From an uncultured Chloroflexia bacterium (GTDB taxonomy: Bacteria; Chloroflexota; Anaerolineae; Anaerolineales; Villigracilaceae), in contig CAWATK010000005.1 in assembly GCA_963784915.1 (NCBI GenBank), positions 18,708-82,707 of the forward strand: DNA of 64,000 nucleotides, given 5' to 3'. A program made the translations under genes and the position numbers. The notes under the pieces were generated by a model. The model had not been told where the DNA came from and did no database searches. It saw only the letters and a list, made by a program, of their open reading frames with translations. Position 1 is the first letter of the stretch. The number at the start of each line of letters is the position of its first letter. Of this stretch, positions 48,204 through 58,119 are shown in pieces.

Positions 48204-48398
48204 TCAATCAAAGTACAAGTTCAGGTCAGAGCAGTCGAACCGATTGCCGCAGTTGAGGCAAACGATCTTGCAACTGACCTCCAGCATCGTTGCCCCGCAC
48301 CGGTCGCATATCTGGCCCTGTTCCGGTTGACCGAGCAACTCCGTGGAAACGTCGGGTGGCTGCTCGGGAGGCTCAGGAAAGGTCGTCGGGCCCGTCAC
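48204..48398 (-). CDS. Small zinc-ribbon protein (about 64 aa), start uncertain
   Basis: The C-terminus reads ICDRCGATMLEVSCKIVCLNCGNRFDCSDL (CxxC...CxxC). The candidate GTG at 48398 is preceded by GGAGAAAGGG and overlaps the DUF309 gene end by 26 nt. Confidence 0.4.
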   Translation of the reverse strand: MTGPTTFPEPPEQPPDVSTELLGQPEQGQICDRCGATMLEVSCKIVCLNCGNRFDCSDLNLYFD

Positions 48399-48804
48399 TG
48401 TTGCCCTTTCTCCAGATGACTGGCTTGAAGTAATCTTCCTTAAGTTCGCCCAGTCGGCCGTCTCCCAGGCGTCTTGCCTCTTCGACTGCCGTCTCCAGGT
48501 CGCGACACAACTGTCCGATGTCCGTGCCCCGGCAAATCTCCGGCCACTGTCGGAGCCAGCGCATGCTTCGTCGGCAGACTTTCTCCGCACCCGCGAGATT
48601 CCCCCTTCGTAGATGCAGGTACGTCACGCCGGCCTCCAAGATCCCCTGATACAACTCACGGATCGGCCCTGGCTCGGCCCGCCAAGCGGCCTCCAACTCC
48701 TCGTGCGCCTCGAAATAGCGGCCCTGGTTGAAAAGCAGGAGTCCTTCACGTGCCCGTGGGTGCAACTCTCCGCTGCAGTCCTGCATGCCGCGGCAGTATA
48801 TCAT
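48373..48804 (-). CDS. DUF309 domain protein
   Basis: GLLLFNQGRYFEAHEELEAAWR...LYQGILEAGVTYLHLRRGNLAGAEK matches the DUF309 pattern. The start is ATG 48804 or 48786. Confidence 0.7.
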   Translation of the reverse strand: MIYCRGMQDCSGELHPRAREGLLLFNQGRYFEAHEELEAAWRAEPGPIRELYQGILEAGVTYLHLRRGNLAGAEKVCRRSMRWLRQWPEICRGTDIGQLCRDLETAVEEARRLGDGRLGELKEDYFKPVIWRKGNSDGPDDLS

Positions 48805-48842
48805 GGGCCTCGTGGCCGGACCGGGTGGTAGAATGCTCGCGC

Positions 48843-49712
48843 ATGCAGAACAGAATGTCTGCTTTGGCGGCCTGTGTCCTTGTGATCGCGGCCATCGTCG
48901 TGCTCGCGCCTGCGCTCGGAGGTCTGCGCTTCGAGCCGGCGCGCGCGTTGACCCGCTCTGCGGATTTCGCCAATCCTCCGATCCTCGCTGCATTCCGCAT
49001 CGACGAAACCACATCGGTGTGGGACATCATGCTAGTGTGGCTCGGGGTCGTAATTCCTTTGGTCTTAGTCGTACTGTTGTTGCCACCCGAGCTTCGCAAG
49101 CGCGTGCTGCAACAAGTCGTTCGGTTCGCGCTCTTTGTTCTAGCCCTGGTGCTGGCATTGCGGTATCGCCTCATTCACCTGCCTGAAATCGAAATGGGCG
49201 ACCTCGCCGCTGGGCAAGCTGGCTCTCAAATGCTGGCGGGCTCGACGGAATCCGAGGCATTCACCGCGCCGGTTCTGTCGCCCTGGCTAACGTACGTCAT
49301 CAGTTTCGCTCTCTTTGCCATCCTCGCAGTCGGCCTTACATTCGCGTACAAACGGTGGCGGCGCAATCGGACGCACAGCCGCTCCGCCCTCAGCACCATT
49401 GCGGCCGTCGCCAGGGAATCGCTGAGTAGCCTGGCTGAGGGCCGGCCTTGGGGTGGTGTCATTGTCGAGGCCTACGCCCGCATGGTCGAAGCGGCCCGCC
49501 TCGCCCGCGGACTGCATCGGGATGTTTCATGGACGCCCCGCGAGTTTGCGGCCCGCCTGGCTCGCAATGGGCTGCCGGCTTCCGCAGTGGATGAGCTCAC
49601 GCAACTCTTTGAGGCGGCACGCTACGGCGCCATGCCCGCGGATGAAAAGGCCCAACGTCGGGCCGCCGCATGCCTCGAATCCATTCTGCACGCCTGCCAG
49701 GTGGCTGCGTGA
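48843..49712 (+). CDS. Membrane protein with a C-terminal DUF4129 domain
   Basis: N-terminal TM helices, then ...WTPREFAARLARNGLPASAVDELTQLFEAARYGAMPADE, which is typical of DUF4129 (normally the tail of TgpA-type transglutaminases). Confidence 0.7.
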   Translation: MQNRMSALAACVLVIAAIVVLAPALGGLRFEPARALTRSADFANPPILAAFRIDETTSVWDIMLVWLGVVIPLVLVVLLLPPELRKRVLQQVVRFALFVLALVLALRYRLIHLPEIEMGDLAAGQAGSQMLAGSTESEAFTAPVLSPWLTYVISFALFAILAVGLTFAYKRWRRNRTHSRSALSTIAAVARESLSSLAEGRPWGGVIVEAYARMVEAARLARGLHRDVSWTPREFAARLARNGLPASAVDELTQLFEAARYGAMPADEKAQRRAAACLESILHACQVAA

Positions 49713-50295
49713 AGAGCAGGCGTTCCTGGCTGCTCCTAGCGGCGACGATCGTTGCAGGTGTTCTCGCCTACCTTGCACGCGACTTTGTCCGCGACCTCGT
49801 CTTGCTTCCGCTCGCCTACCTGCTGTGGCAGGTGCGCGGCCTGCTAGCCGGGGTCGCGCAGTTGGTGCAATGGGCCATCCTGGTCGCGTGTATGGCGCTG
49901 ATCATGGCATGGCAGTTGGTGCCTCAGATTGCTCGCGCGGCCGGCGTGCCGCACGCGGTTCGGCAAGTCGCGGCGCGGTGCATGCGACCGCGGTGGGCTT
50001 GTGGCGCGCCCGCACCAGCAATTACTTCCGTTGGCAGATGGCCCATCGCCTGGGCAACGCGGCAAGCCAGTTGGCCGAGCTCCCCAGATCCGGCACTAAT
50101 AGCCCCCACCAGGCTGCCTCCATAGCAGAATATCTCGACGCAGGCGTAAACCACTCCTTCGTCGAGTACTCGGTAGCACATCTCCCGCTTGCCGCGCCGT
50201 CCGCGGGTCCATTGGATTTGGCGCCGGAGGAAGTGGTTGAGTATCTCGAATCGCACCTGACACAAGGTGGTGAACCGCATGCCGGCCGTCTCTGA
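49709..50295 (+). CDS. Membrane protein of unknown function in the MoxR cluster; frameshift around 49930-49990
   Basis: The GTG start overlaps the upstream stop (GTGA). The TM part (SWLLLAATIVAGVLAYL...WAILVACMALIMAWQLV) continues in another frame as ...LWRARTSNYFRWQMAHRLGNAASQLAEL.... Confidence 0.45.
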
Positions 50296-51223
50296 GTCCG
50301 CGGACAGGATCATCGCCGAAGTCGAACGCGCGGTGGTGGGCAAGCGAACGGTCCTCGAGATGCTAATGGCCGCCGCGATGTCCTCCGGCCATGTTCTCTT
50401 CGAGGACTATCCCGGTCTGGGTAAGACCTTGATCGCGCGCAGTTTCGCTGCCGCATTGGGCTTGAGCTTCAGGCGCATCCAATTCACGCCAGACCTCTTG
50501 CCCGCGGATATCACGGGCGGATACATCCTGAATCGTGAAAAGAACGAATTCGAGGTGCGGCAGGGGCCCATATTCACCAACGTCCTGCTGGCGGATGAGA
50601 TCAATCGCGCCTCGCCCAAGACGCAGTCCGCGCTGCTTGAGGCCATGCAGGAGGGTCAGGTCACCCTCGAGGGCCAGACTCTGCGGCTCCCGGATCCGTT
50701 CCTTGTGCTCGCCACGCAGAATCCTATTGAATACGAAGGCACCTTCCCCCTGCCTGAAGCCCAGCTTGACCGATTCATGCTCAAACTGTCTGTGGGATAC
50801 CCCAACCTCGAGCAGGAAAAGGAGATCCTCCATCGTCGCCGCGAGCGCACTGAAGATGAGGTCAACCTGTCGGCGGTGATTCAGCCGCAGGAGTTGGCCG
50901 ACATGCGGCGGGCGGCAGAAGCGGTGCACGTGGACGCCGACGTGGAACGCTACATTGCGGCTATCGTTCAGGCCACCCGCCAGGATCGCCGCGTCGCCGT
51001 CGGCGCAAGTCCGCGGGCCGGACTTGCATTCCTCAAGCTTGGGCGTGCGCACGCCGCTTTGGATGGCCGGGAGTACCTGATACCGGATGACGTCAAGCGC
51101 TTTGCGGTAGGCGTGCTTAGTCACCGGCTCATTCTTCAGCCGGAGTACTGGATGTCACACACTGTCGGTGCGGACGTCATCCACGACGTGCTGCAGAAGA
51201 CCCCGGTCCCCGTCCTTTCCTAG
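50279..51223 (+). CDS. MoxR-family AAA+ ATPase
   Basis: HVLFEDYPGLGKTLIARSFA, RIQFTPDLLPADITG, LLADEINRASPKTQSALLEAMQE and ATQNPIEYEGTFPLPEAQLDRF. Confidence 0.9.
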   Translation: MPAVSESADRIIAEVERAVVGKRTVLEMLMAAAMSSGHVLFEDYPGLGKTLIARSFAAALGLSFRRIQFTPDLLPADITGGYILNREKNEFEVRQGPIFTNVLLADEINRASPKTQSALLEAMQEGQVTLEGQTLRLPDPFLVLATQNPIEYEGTFPLPEAQLDRFMLKLSVGYPNLEQEKEILHRRRERTEDEVNLSAVIQPQELADMRRAAEAVHVDADVERYIAAIVQATRQDRRVAVGASPRAGLAFLKLGRAHAALDGREYLIPDDVKRFAVGVLSHRLILQPEYWMSHTVGADVIHDVLQKTPVPVLS

Positions 51224-51283
51224 CGAACGGGCTGGTCGTCGGCGTACCCAGGAATTCAGGGAGGGGAGCCGCTCCAAACACCA

Positions 51284-52576
51284 ATGTCGCGTTCCTGGTT
51301 CCTGGGCCTGATTGCCTTTGCCCTACTGGTAAGCGGGCTTGTGAGCTTGAACGGGGGGCAAGTCGCCCTCTTGATCCCCATTGTGCTGTATTGGGGGTAT
51401 GCGTTGGTGCGCGCACCGATCGGCATTAGCCTCGAGGCACGCCGAACATTGAGTGCGGCACAAATCCCGGCAGGGGAAACCGTCGAAGTCGCCGTCGAGG
51501 TTGTAAACACTGGTGGTTTTCTCGAGGAGCTGGTTCTCCAGGAGATCCTGCCGCAGGGCCTCGAAGTTGTGGCTGGTAGCTGCCGACATCTCATTTCGTT
51601 GCCGGGCCGCGGAACTTTCTCTTACAGCTACTCTATTCGCGCGGAACGCGGCGGATATGAACTCCCAGGGATCCACGCCGAGGCCGGCGACACCCTGGGC
51701 TTGTTGCGCCGTTCCATTCAGCTCACCGCCCACGCATCCTTGCGCGCTTTGCCAACCCTCAGTCGAGGCCAGGCCATTCCCATTCGCCCTCGGCGAACGC
51801 GTGTGTATTCCGGCGTCATCCCGGCGCGCGTGGGTGGCGCCGGAGTGGAGTTCTTTGGTGTCCGCCCATATTCGCCGGGGGACGCCACTCGGCGTATCAA
51901 CTGGCGCTTGTTGGCACGCGACCCGGTAAACCTGTATTGCAATGAGTTTCTGCAGGAGCGCGTGGCGGATGTGGCTGTGGTCCTGGACGGCCGCGAGCGC
52001 GCCAACCTACGAGGAAGAAATGGCAGTCTCTTTGAGCATGCGGTACATGCCGCCGGCAGTCTTGCGAGCGCATACCTGCAGCAGGGCAACCGCGTGGGGC
52101 TGCTGGTGTACAGTCAATTTCTCCAATGGACCTTTCCGGGCTACGGGAAGGTGCAGCGTGAACGGATACTTAAGGCCCTGGCGGTTGCCACTCCAGGAGC
52201 TAGCCAGGTGTTCGAGGGATTACGATATCTGCCAACACGACTGTTCCCACCAGAGTCTCAATTGGTTTTCGTAACTCCACTGCTGGAGGCCGACCTGGTG
52301 ACCATCATTGAGTTGCGCGCCCGGGGCTACCAGATCATGGTGGTCGCGCCGGATCCCGTCGCCTTCGAGCTGGCGGACCTGCCGTATGCCCGCTCCCGTT
52401 ATTCTCGCGACGATGCACAGCTGGCGGCACGGATCGTTCAGCTGGAGAGGCGTGTTCTCATCGGCCGGCTTCGCCGCGGCGGTGTACAGGTCATCGAATG
52501 GGACGTCTCCACACCGTTTGATCGGAGGATGCAGGTCGCGGCCATACAGCAACGTCAATCGAGGATCGTCGTATGA
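51284..52576 (+). CDS. DUF58 domain protein (vWA-like MoxR partner)
   Basis: GVEFFGVRPYSPGDATRRINWR..., followed by the VVLDGR... region typical of DUF58. Confidence 0.85.
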   Translation: MSRSWFLGLIAFALLVSGLVSLNGGQVALLIPIVLYWGYALVRAPIGISLEARRTLSAAQIPAGETVEVAVEVVNTGGFLEELVLQEILPQGLEVVAGSCRHLISLPGRGTFSYSYSIRAERGGYELPGIHAEAGDTLGLLRRSIQLTAHASLRALPTLSRGQAIPIRPRRTRVYSGVIPARVGGAGVEFFGVRPYSPGDATRRINWRLLARDPVNLYCNEFLQERVADVAVVLDGRERANLRGRNGSLFEHAVHAAGSLASAYLQQGNRVGLLVYSQFLQWTFPGYGKVQRERILKALAVATPGASQVFEGLRYLPTRLFPPESQLVFVTPLLEADLVTIIELRARGYQIMVVAPDPVAFELADLPYARSRYSRDDAQLAARIVQLERRVLIGRLRRGGVQVIEWDVSTPFDRRMQVAAIQQRQSRIVV

Positions 52577-53070
52577 CGCTGGCCGCGCTCGTGGTTACGA
52601 TCATTCTCGGGGCTGGCTCACTGGCATGGGGATTCTTAGGAGTGGGTCTGCAGATTGCTGCGCGCTGGATTGTGGCCTTTGCCGCCCTTTGGTTGTTGGC
52701 TGTGTGGCAGCGCTGGCGCTGGTTCTCCTACGTGGGCCTGACTGCGTACTTCCTCGCCGCGGCTCTCGGGCTATGGTTCCTCGATTTCCCGCCCGGCTGG
52801 ATGTTTGCCGGGGCGATCTTTGGACTCCTCGCTTGGGATCTTACGTACTTCCGTTACAGGCAGGTATTTGCCGCCAACGACAGGGAACGGCGAAGCGTCG
52901 AGTTGCGACACATGCTCGGCCTCTCTGTCCTGACCATTCTGGGCATCACCCTTTCAAGCCTGGCCATGGTTGTCCGTCTTAAGTTTAGCTTTGACTGGAC
53001 CGTCTTCCTCGTAATCGTCTTGAGTCTGGGAATTTCACAGATCTTCCGATGGTTTAGAAATCGCGGCTAG
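52573..53070 (+). CDS. Membrane protein (4 TM helices), last gene of the MoxR cluster
   Basis: The ATG overlaps the DUF58 stop (ATGA). The 165-aa protein is hydrophobic with Trp-rich loops. Confidence 0.55.
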   Translation: MTLAALVVTIILGAGSLAWGFLGVGLQIAARWIVAFAALWLLAVWQRWRWFSYVGLTAYFLAAALGLWFLDFPPGWMFAGAIFGLLAWDLTYFRYRQVFAANDRERRSVELRHMLGLSVLTILGITLSSLAMVVRLKFSFDWTVFLVIVLSLGISQIFRWFRNRG

Positions 53071-53169
53071 CTTTCGCCGGCGCCGCAGTGTTGCAAGAGG
53101 GCTGTGATACGATTCACATCCTGGTCGCCGTGGATGCCGTCGCGCGCTGCAACCTGGCCTGAGGTGAAC

Positions 53170-54523
53170 ATGTTCGATCTCCCCGATGATGACATTCTGG
53201 AAGTGTCCAGGCAAAATGTATTCTGGACATGGTCCGCGCAGGCGGCGGTGGACCCGATCGCCGTCAAGTCCGCTCGAGGCGTGTACTTCTGGGACGTGGC
53301 AGGGAGACGCTACCTGGATTTCAACTCGATGACGATGTGTGTGAATATCGGACATGGGGATGAGCGTGTGATCCAGGCCATGAATACGCAGGCGCAGCAG
53401 CTTGCCTATTCCGCGCCTGCCATGACCAATCGGGTTCGAGCCCTCGCAAGCAGACTGGTTGCCAGCATCACGCCAGGAGCGCAGCTCACCAAGGTGCTGT
53501 TCACGCTCGGAGGCGCGGACGCCAACGAAAACGCGATCAAGCTGGCGCGAGGATTCACGGGGCGCCACAAGGTACTCGCCCGCTATCGCTCGTATCATGG
53601 CGCGTCCGCCGGGGCCCTGGCGGCCACCGGTGACCCCCGCCGGGTTGCCTGGGAGCCCTCGGTGATGCCCGGGGTAGTGCATTTTCTCGATCCGTATCGC
53701 TATCGCTCCACGTTTCATCGAAGGAATCCGGGCATAAGCGAAACAGACTTTGCGCAGGACTACCTCGACCATCTGGAAGAGATCATTCAGTACGAGGGCG
53801 CCCCGACGATTGCGGCAATCCTGATTGAGCCAGTGACCGGAACCAACGGGGTGATCGTGCCGCCGGAGGGGTACCTGCCGGGTGTGCGTGCCCTGTGCGA
53901 CAAGTACGGCATTCTGCTGATCGCCGATGAGGTGATGAGCGGCTTTGGCCGGACTGGGAAGTGGTTTGCGGTCGATCATTGGAATGTGATTCCCGACCTT
54001 ATGACAATGGCGAAGGGTCTCACGTCTGCATATGCACCGCTCGGGGCCGTGGCCATGCGACCGCAGATAGCAAGCCATTTCAATGATGTGCCATTCCGGT
54101 CTGGATTGACCTATACCTCGCACCCGATAAGCCTGGCTGCTGCCATCGCCAACATCCGCGTAATGCAAGAGGATCACATCGTGGAGCATGCTGCTTCCAT
54201 GGCACCGGTGCTCAGGCGACTTCCTCAATGACCTGGGCGAAGCGCACCCGTCGGTGGGGGAGGTGCGATCCATCGGCCTCTTCGGCATCCTCGAACTTGT
54301 CCGCGATCCCATCACCAGGGAGCCGATGGCGCCCTGGGATTCATCCAGCCCGGAGATGAAGGCTCTCAAGCAGTATTGCCTGCAGAACGGCCTTTATGTT
54401 GAAGTCCATACGCACACCGTGCTGATCATCCCGCCCTTGATCATCTCAGAACAGCAATTGGCTGACGGGTTCTCGGTGTTGGACAAGGCCCTGCAGATCA
54501 CGGATCGCGTCGTCCACCATTGA
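53170..54523 (+). CDS. Class-III (omega) pyridoxal-phosphate aminotransferase; frameshift near 54213-54218
   Basis: LIADEVMSGFGRTGKWFAVDHWNVIPDLMTMAKGLTS (PLP Lys). The junction is ...HAASMAPVLR / DFLNDLGEAHPSVGEVRSIGLFG. The antisense 444-aa ORF is spurious. Confidence 0.85.
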
Positions 54524-54689
54524 GCGGTTTCGGCCCATCCCGGGGCCGCCTCCACGGCCGATTGGGGCTGCGGTCAGTGTAAGTTTCTGGGTGAATGCAT
54601 CGTCTTGGTACTCAGAAAACGTCACGTCACGACGTGGCGTGTGCGGAGGGAAAGTGTGACAGACAATCCAAACGGCAGACGCGCTGCCT

Positions 54690-55604
54690 GTGAAGGTGCT
54701 TGTGTTGGGCTCTGGTCCTGCCGGACTCTCGGCTGCGCTGTATGCCGCCAGGGCTGAGCTTGCGCCGGTCGTCCTATCCGGGATCCAATTGGGTGGCCAG
54801 GCTGCCTTGACTTATGCTGTCGAGAACTATCCGGGTTTTCCGGAGGGCGTGGGCGGGGCCCAACTCGGTGAGCTCTTCCAGAAGCAGGCCGAGCATTTTG
54901 GCGCGCGCGTTGAATTCGATACGGCCAATCAAGTCGACTTTGCGTCCAGGCCCTTTCGGGTCCGAACAGACAATACCGAATACCTGGCGGAAGCCGTCAT
55001 CATTGCCACCGGCGCCAGTCCAAATCAACTTGAGGTGCCAGGCGAAAGTGAACTCACGGGCCGCGGCGTGTCCTACTGCGCCACCTGCGACGGCTGGTTC
55101 TTCAAGGACAAGAAAGTAGTGATCGTTGGAGGCGGAGACAGCGCCCTTGAGGAGGGCCTTTTCATCACACGCTACGCCAATTCGGTCACGATCATCCATC
55201 GCCGCCAGGAGTTGCGCGCGAGCCCACTCCTGCAGAAGCGGGCGACTGAGCACCCAAAGATCGACTTTATGTGGAACACCGTGGTTACTGAAATCCTGGG
55301 CTCCGAGAAGGTCGAGGCAGTCCGCCTCAAGGACACGGCGACGGGCGCCGAGCGGATTCTGGAGACCGACGGGATTTTCGTTTTTATTGGGCACACTCCG
55401 AATACGCAGATGTTTAACGGCCAGCTGAAGATGGACCCGCGGGGCTACATCCAGATCGACGCGCGCATGCAGACCTCCGTACCGGGGGTGTTCGCCAGCG
55501 GGGAGGCAGCCGATCCTCATTTCCGTCAGGTTGTTACTTCGGCCGGGATGGGGGCCGCTGCGGCAATTCAGGCTACTCGCTTTCTCGAAGAGCACAGCTC
55601 CTGA
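54690..55604 (+). CDS. trxB: Thioredoxin-disulfide reductase
   Basis: GSGPAGLSAALYAAR, redox centre CATCDG, GGGDSALEEG, HRRQELRA and GVFASGE. Confidence 0.9.
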   Translation: MKVLVLGSGPAGLSAALYAARAELAPVVLSGIQLGGQAALTYAVENYPGFPEGVGGAQLGELFQKQAEHFGARVEFDTANQVDFASRPFRVRTDNTEYLAEAVIIATGASPNQLEVPGESELTGRGVSYCATCDGWFFKDKKVVIVGGGDSALEEGLFITRYANSVTIIHRRQELRASPLLQKRATEHPKIDFMWNTVVTEILGSEKVEAVRLKDTATGAERILETDGIFVFIGHTPNTQMFNGQLKMDPRGYIQIDARMQTSVPGVFASGEAADPHFRQVVTSAGMGAAAAIQATRFLEEHSS

Positions 55605-55626
55605 AGCACCGGCACTCGGCGTAAAT

Positions 55627-55670
55627 AGGACTTTCGTCACCCACTTGGGCGGCGGAAGTCCTTTTCTTTC
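55627..55670 (+). terminator. Hairpin plus U-tract after trxB
   Basis: AGGACTT ...22 nt... AAGTCCT followed by TTTTCTTTC. The 7-bp outer stem encloses a partly paired interior. Confidence 0.45.
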
Positions 55671-55735
55671 TGCCTGGACGGCCATTGTTGCGGCCCATCA
55701 GATAAAATGGAAGCATATGACTACTTGGAGGCCCC

Positions 55736-56671
55736 ATGCCTAAGATCTCGATCATCGGTGCCGGGATGACCGGAGCCACGACTGCCCACTGGTTGGCTGA
55801 GCGCGACCTGGGCGACTTGGTGCTGGTTGACGTGGTCGAAGGGATGCCCCAAGGCAAAGGCCTGGATATGCTCGAGGCCATGCCCATCATCTCGAGCGAC
55901 GTCGATATCGTTGGGTCGAACGACTTTGCGGCCACTCGTGGATCAGACATCGTGATTCTCACCGCGGGGCTGCCGCGCAAACCCGGCATGAGCCGGGATG
56001 ACCTGCTAAGCGCGAACGCCGAGATCGTGGGCAAGGCGGCCGTCGAGACGCTGAAGCACTCCCCGGACGCCATGTACATCGTGTTGACCAACCCGTTGGA
56101 TACGATGGCGTATCTAACGATGAAGCTCACCGGGCTGCCGCGCTCCCGTGTGATCGGTCAGGCGGGAGTGCTTGATTCCGCGCGCATGCGCGCCTTCGTG
56201 GCCAAGGAGACTGGCATCAGCGTGGAAAACGTGGCGTGTTACGTGCTCGGTGGCCACGGTGATGAGATGGTGCCTTTGACGCGACAATCCAATGTGGCGG
56301 GCATACCTCTAAATGAGTATCTGCCGGCCGACAAGCTGGAGGCGATCGTATCGCGGACGCGGAAGGGCGGGGGCGAGATTGTCAATCTGCTGAAGACGGG
56401 CTCTGCGTTCTATGCACCCTCGGCAGCGGTCGCCCAAATGACCGAGGCCATCCTCAGAGATCGAAACCTCGTCATTCCGTGCTCTGCATACATGCAAGGC
56501 GAGTACGGTCTCAAGGACATTTTCTTCGGTGTCCCCGTGGTCCTTAACCGGCAGGGAATGGCGCGCATCATCGAGTACAAGCTCAGTTCGGATGAACAGG
56601 CTCAGTTCGATAAGTCGGCCATGGCGGTCAAGGAAACGCATGAGGCTTTGAAGAAGCTGGTGAAGATCTAG
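55736..56671 (+). CDS. mdh: Malate dehydrogenase (LDH-like type)
   Basis: KISIIGAGMTGATTAHWL, VDVVEGMPQGKGLDM, GLPRKPGMSRDDLL, TNPLDTM and GGHGDEMVPL. Confidence 0.95.
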   Translation: MPKISIIGAGMTGATTAHWLAERDLGDLVLVDVVEGMPQGKGLDMLEAMPIISSDVDIVGSNDFAATRGSDIVILTAGLPRKPGMSRDDLLSANAEIVGKAAVETLKHSPDAMYIVLTNPLDTMAYLTMKLTGLPRSRVIGQAGVLDSARMRAFVAKETGISVENVACYVLGGHGDEMVPLTRQSNVAGIPLNEYLPADKLEAIVSRTRKGGGEIVNLLKTGSAFYAPSAAVAQMTEAILRDRNLVIPCSAYMQGEYGLKDIFFGVPVVLNRQGMARIIEYKLSSDEQAQFDKSAMAVKETHEALKKLVKI

Positions 56672-56717
56672 CGCTGCGACTCTGCGGCGAGAAAGATTCG
56701 ATTCCTGGAGGCGACAA

Positions 56718-58037
56718 ATGATCCTGCACGATAAGCTGGCGGCCAAGATACCCGAGGGACGGGAACGCATGCGGTCCCTGGCCAAAGAGCACGGCGAGGT
56801 GGTGGTCGACAAGGTCACCATTGGGCAAATCGTCGGCGGTATGCGCGACATCAAGTCGCTGCTCACCGATGTTTCCTATGTCGATCCGGCAGAGGGCATT
56901 CGTTTTCGCGGTCTGTCGATCCCCGAAGCCCTCAGTGCCCTTCCGAAAGCTCGCGGTGGCAAGATGCCCATGGTTGGTGGACTGTACTATCTGCTGCTGG
57001 TGGGCGAGGTTCCGACGCGAGAGCAGGCTCTGCAGGTGGAGGCAGAGTGGGCGCGGCGCGCCGATGTACCTGACTATGTCTACAAGATGATCAAGGCAAT
57101 GCCCAGCGACACTCACCCCATGATCCTGTTGACGCAGGCGGTACTTGCCTTGGAGCATGCTTCGGCTTTTCATAGGCAGTACGATACGGGGATGAAGAAG
57201 GACGTCTATTGGGAGCCGGCACTGGAAGATTGCCTGGACTTGACGGCAAAACTCCCTGTCATTGCGGCATTCATCTATCGCTACAAGTACCTCGGGAAGA
57301 AATCGAAGCCGCGCTATAACCCCCGACAGGATTACGGCCTGAACTTCGCCCGGATGCTGGGCGTGGCTGATCGCAAGGGATATGCCGACCTTTCACGTCT
57401 GTATTTCATCCTGCACTCCGATCATGAGTCCGGCAATGTCAGCGCTCACACGACGCATCTCGTCGGCTCGGCCCTGTCGGACATTTTCTATTCCTACGCC
57501 GCGGGTCTGTGCGGCTTGGCGGGGCCGCTTCATGGTCTTGCGAATCAGGAATGCCTGGCTTGGCTCCTGGACGTCCTAAAGCGTTTTGGCGGGGTGCCCA
57601 GCCGGGACGAGCTGTACAAGTACGCGTGGGACACCCTCAACGGTGGCAAGGTAATCCCCGGATATGGCCATGCCGTTCTGCGTGTCCCGGACCCGCGCTA
57701 CATGGCGCAGATGGAATTCGCCAAGGCCCGTTTCCCGCAGGATGACCTGGTGCGTGTGGCAGATCTAGTGTTCGATGTGGTGCCCCAGGTACTCAGGGAG
57801 CAGGGGAAGGCCAAGAACCCCGCGCCCAATGTGGATGCCATTAGCGGAACATTGCAGTACTACTACGGCGTGCGCGAGTTCGACTTCTACACCGTTCTGT
57901 TTGGTGTAGGTCGCGCTCTGGGCGTCACCGCCCACTATGTCTGGGCGCGTGCGCTGGGCTGGCCGATCGAACGGCCGAAGTCCATGACCACAAAGATGCT
58001 TGAAGACGTCGTAAAGGCCCAACTGCAGCCTGCATAG
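56718..58037 (+). CDS. gltA: Citrate synthase
   Basis: VTIGQIVGGMRDIKSL, ILHSDHESGNVSAHT, GPLHGLANQE, GYGHAVLRVPDPRY and NVDAISG. Confidence 0.95.
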   Translation: MILHDKLAAKIPEGRERMRSLAKEHGEVVVDKVTIGQIVGGMRDIKSLLTDVSYVDPAEGIRFRGLSIPEALSALPKARGGKMPMVGGLYYLLLVGEVPTREQALQVEAEWARRADVPDYVYKMIKAMPSDTHPMILLTQAVLALEHASAFHRQYDTGMKKDVYWEPALEDCLDLTAKLPVIAAFIYRYKYLGKKSKPRYNPRQDYGLNFARMLGVADRKGYADLSRLYFILHSDHESGNVSAHTTHLVGSALSDIFYSYAAGLCGLAGPLHGLANQECLAWLLDVLKRFGGVPSRDELYKYAWDTLNGGKVIPGYGHAVLRVPDPRYMAQMEFAKARFPQDDLVRVADLVFDVVPQVLREQGKAKNPAPNVDAISGTLQYYYGVREFDFYTVLFGVGRALGVTAHYVWARALGWPIERPKSMTTKMLEDVVKAQLQPA

Positions 58038-58060
58038 CACCTACCCGTTGTGACGAAGGA

Positions 58061-58093
58061 GCGGCGCACGAACTCGTGCGCCGCTTTCGTTTT
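58061..58093 (+). terminator. Rho-independent terminator of citrate synthase
   Basis: GCGGCGCAC gaactc GTGCGCCGC is a perfect 9-bp stem followed by TTTCGTTTT. Confidence 0.75.
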
Positions 58094-58119
58094 GCGATCG
58101 TTGGCACCCGTCATGTTGC

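Noticed and set aside
54623-54636. Inverted repeat CACGTC-ac-GACGTG upstream of trxB as an operator.
   Set aside because: Six-bp arms with a short spacer are expected many times by chance in 64 kb. It matches no known regulator box that I can name.
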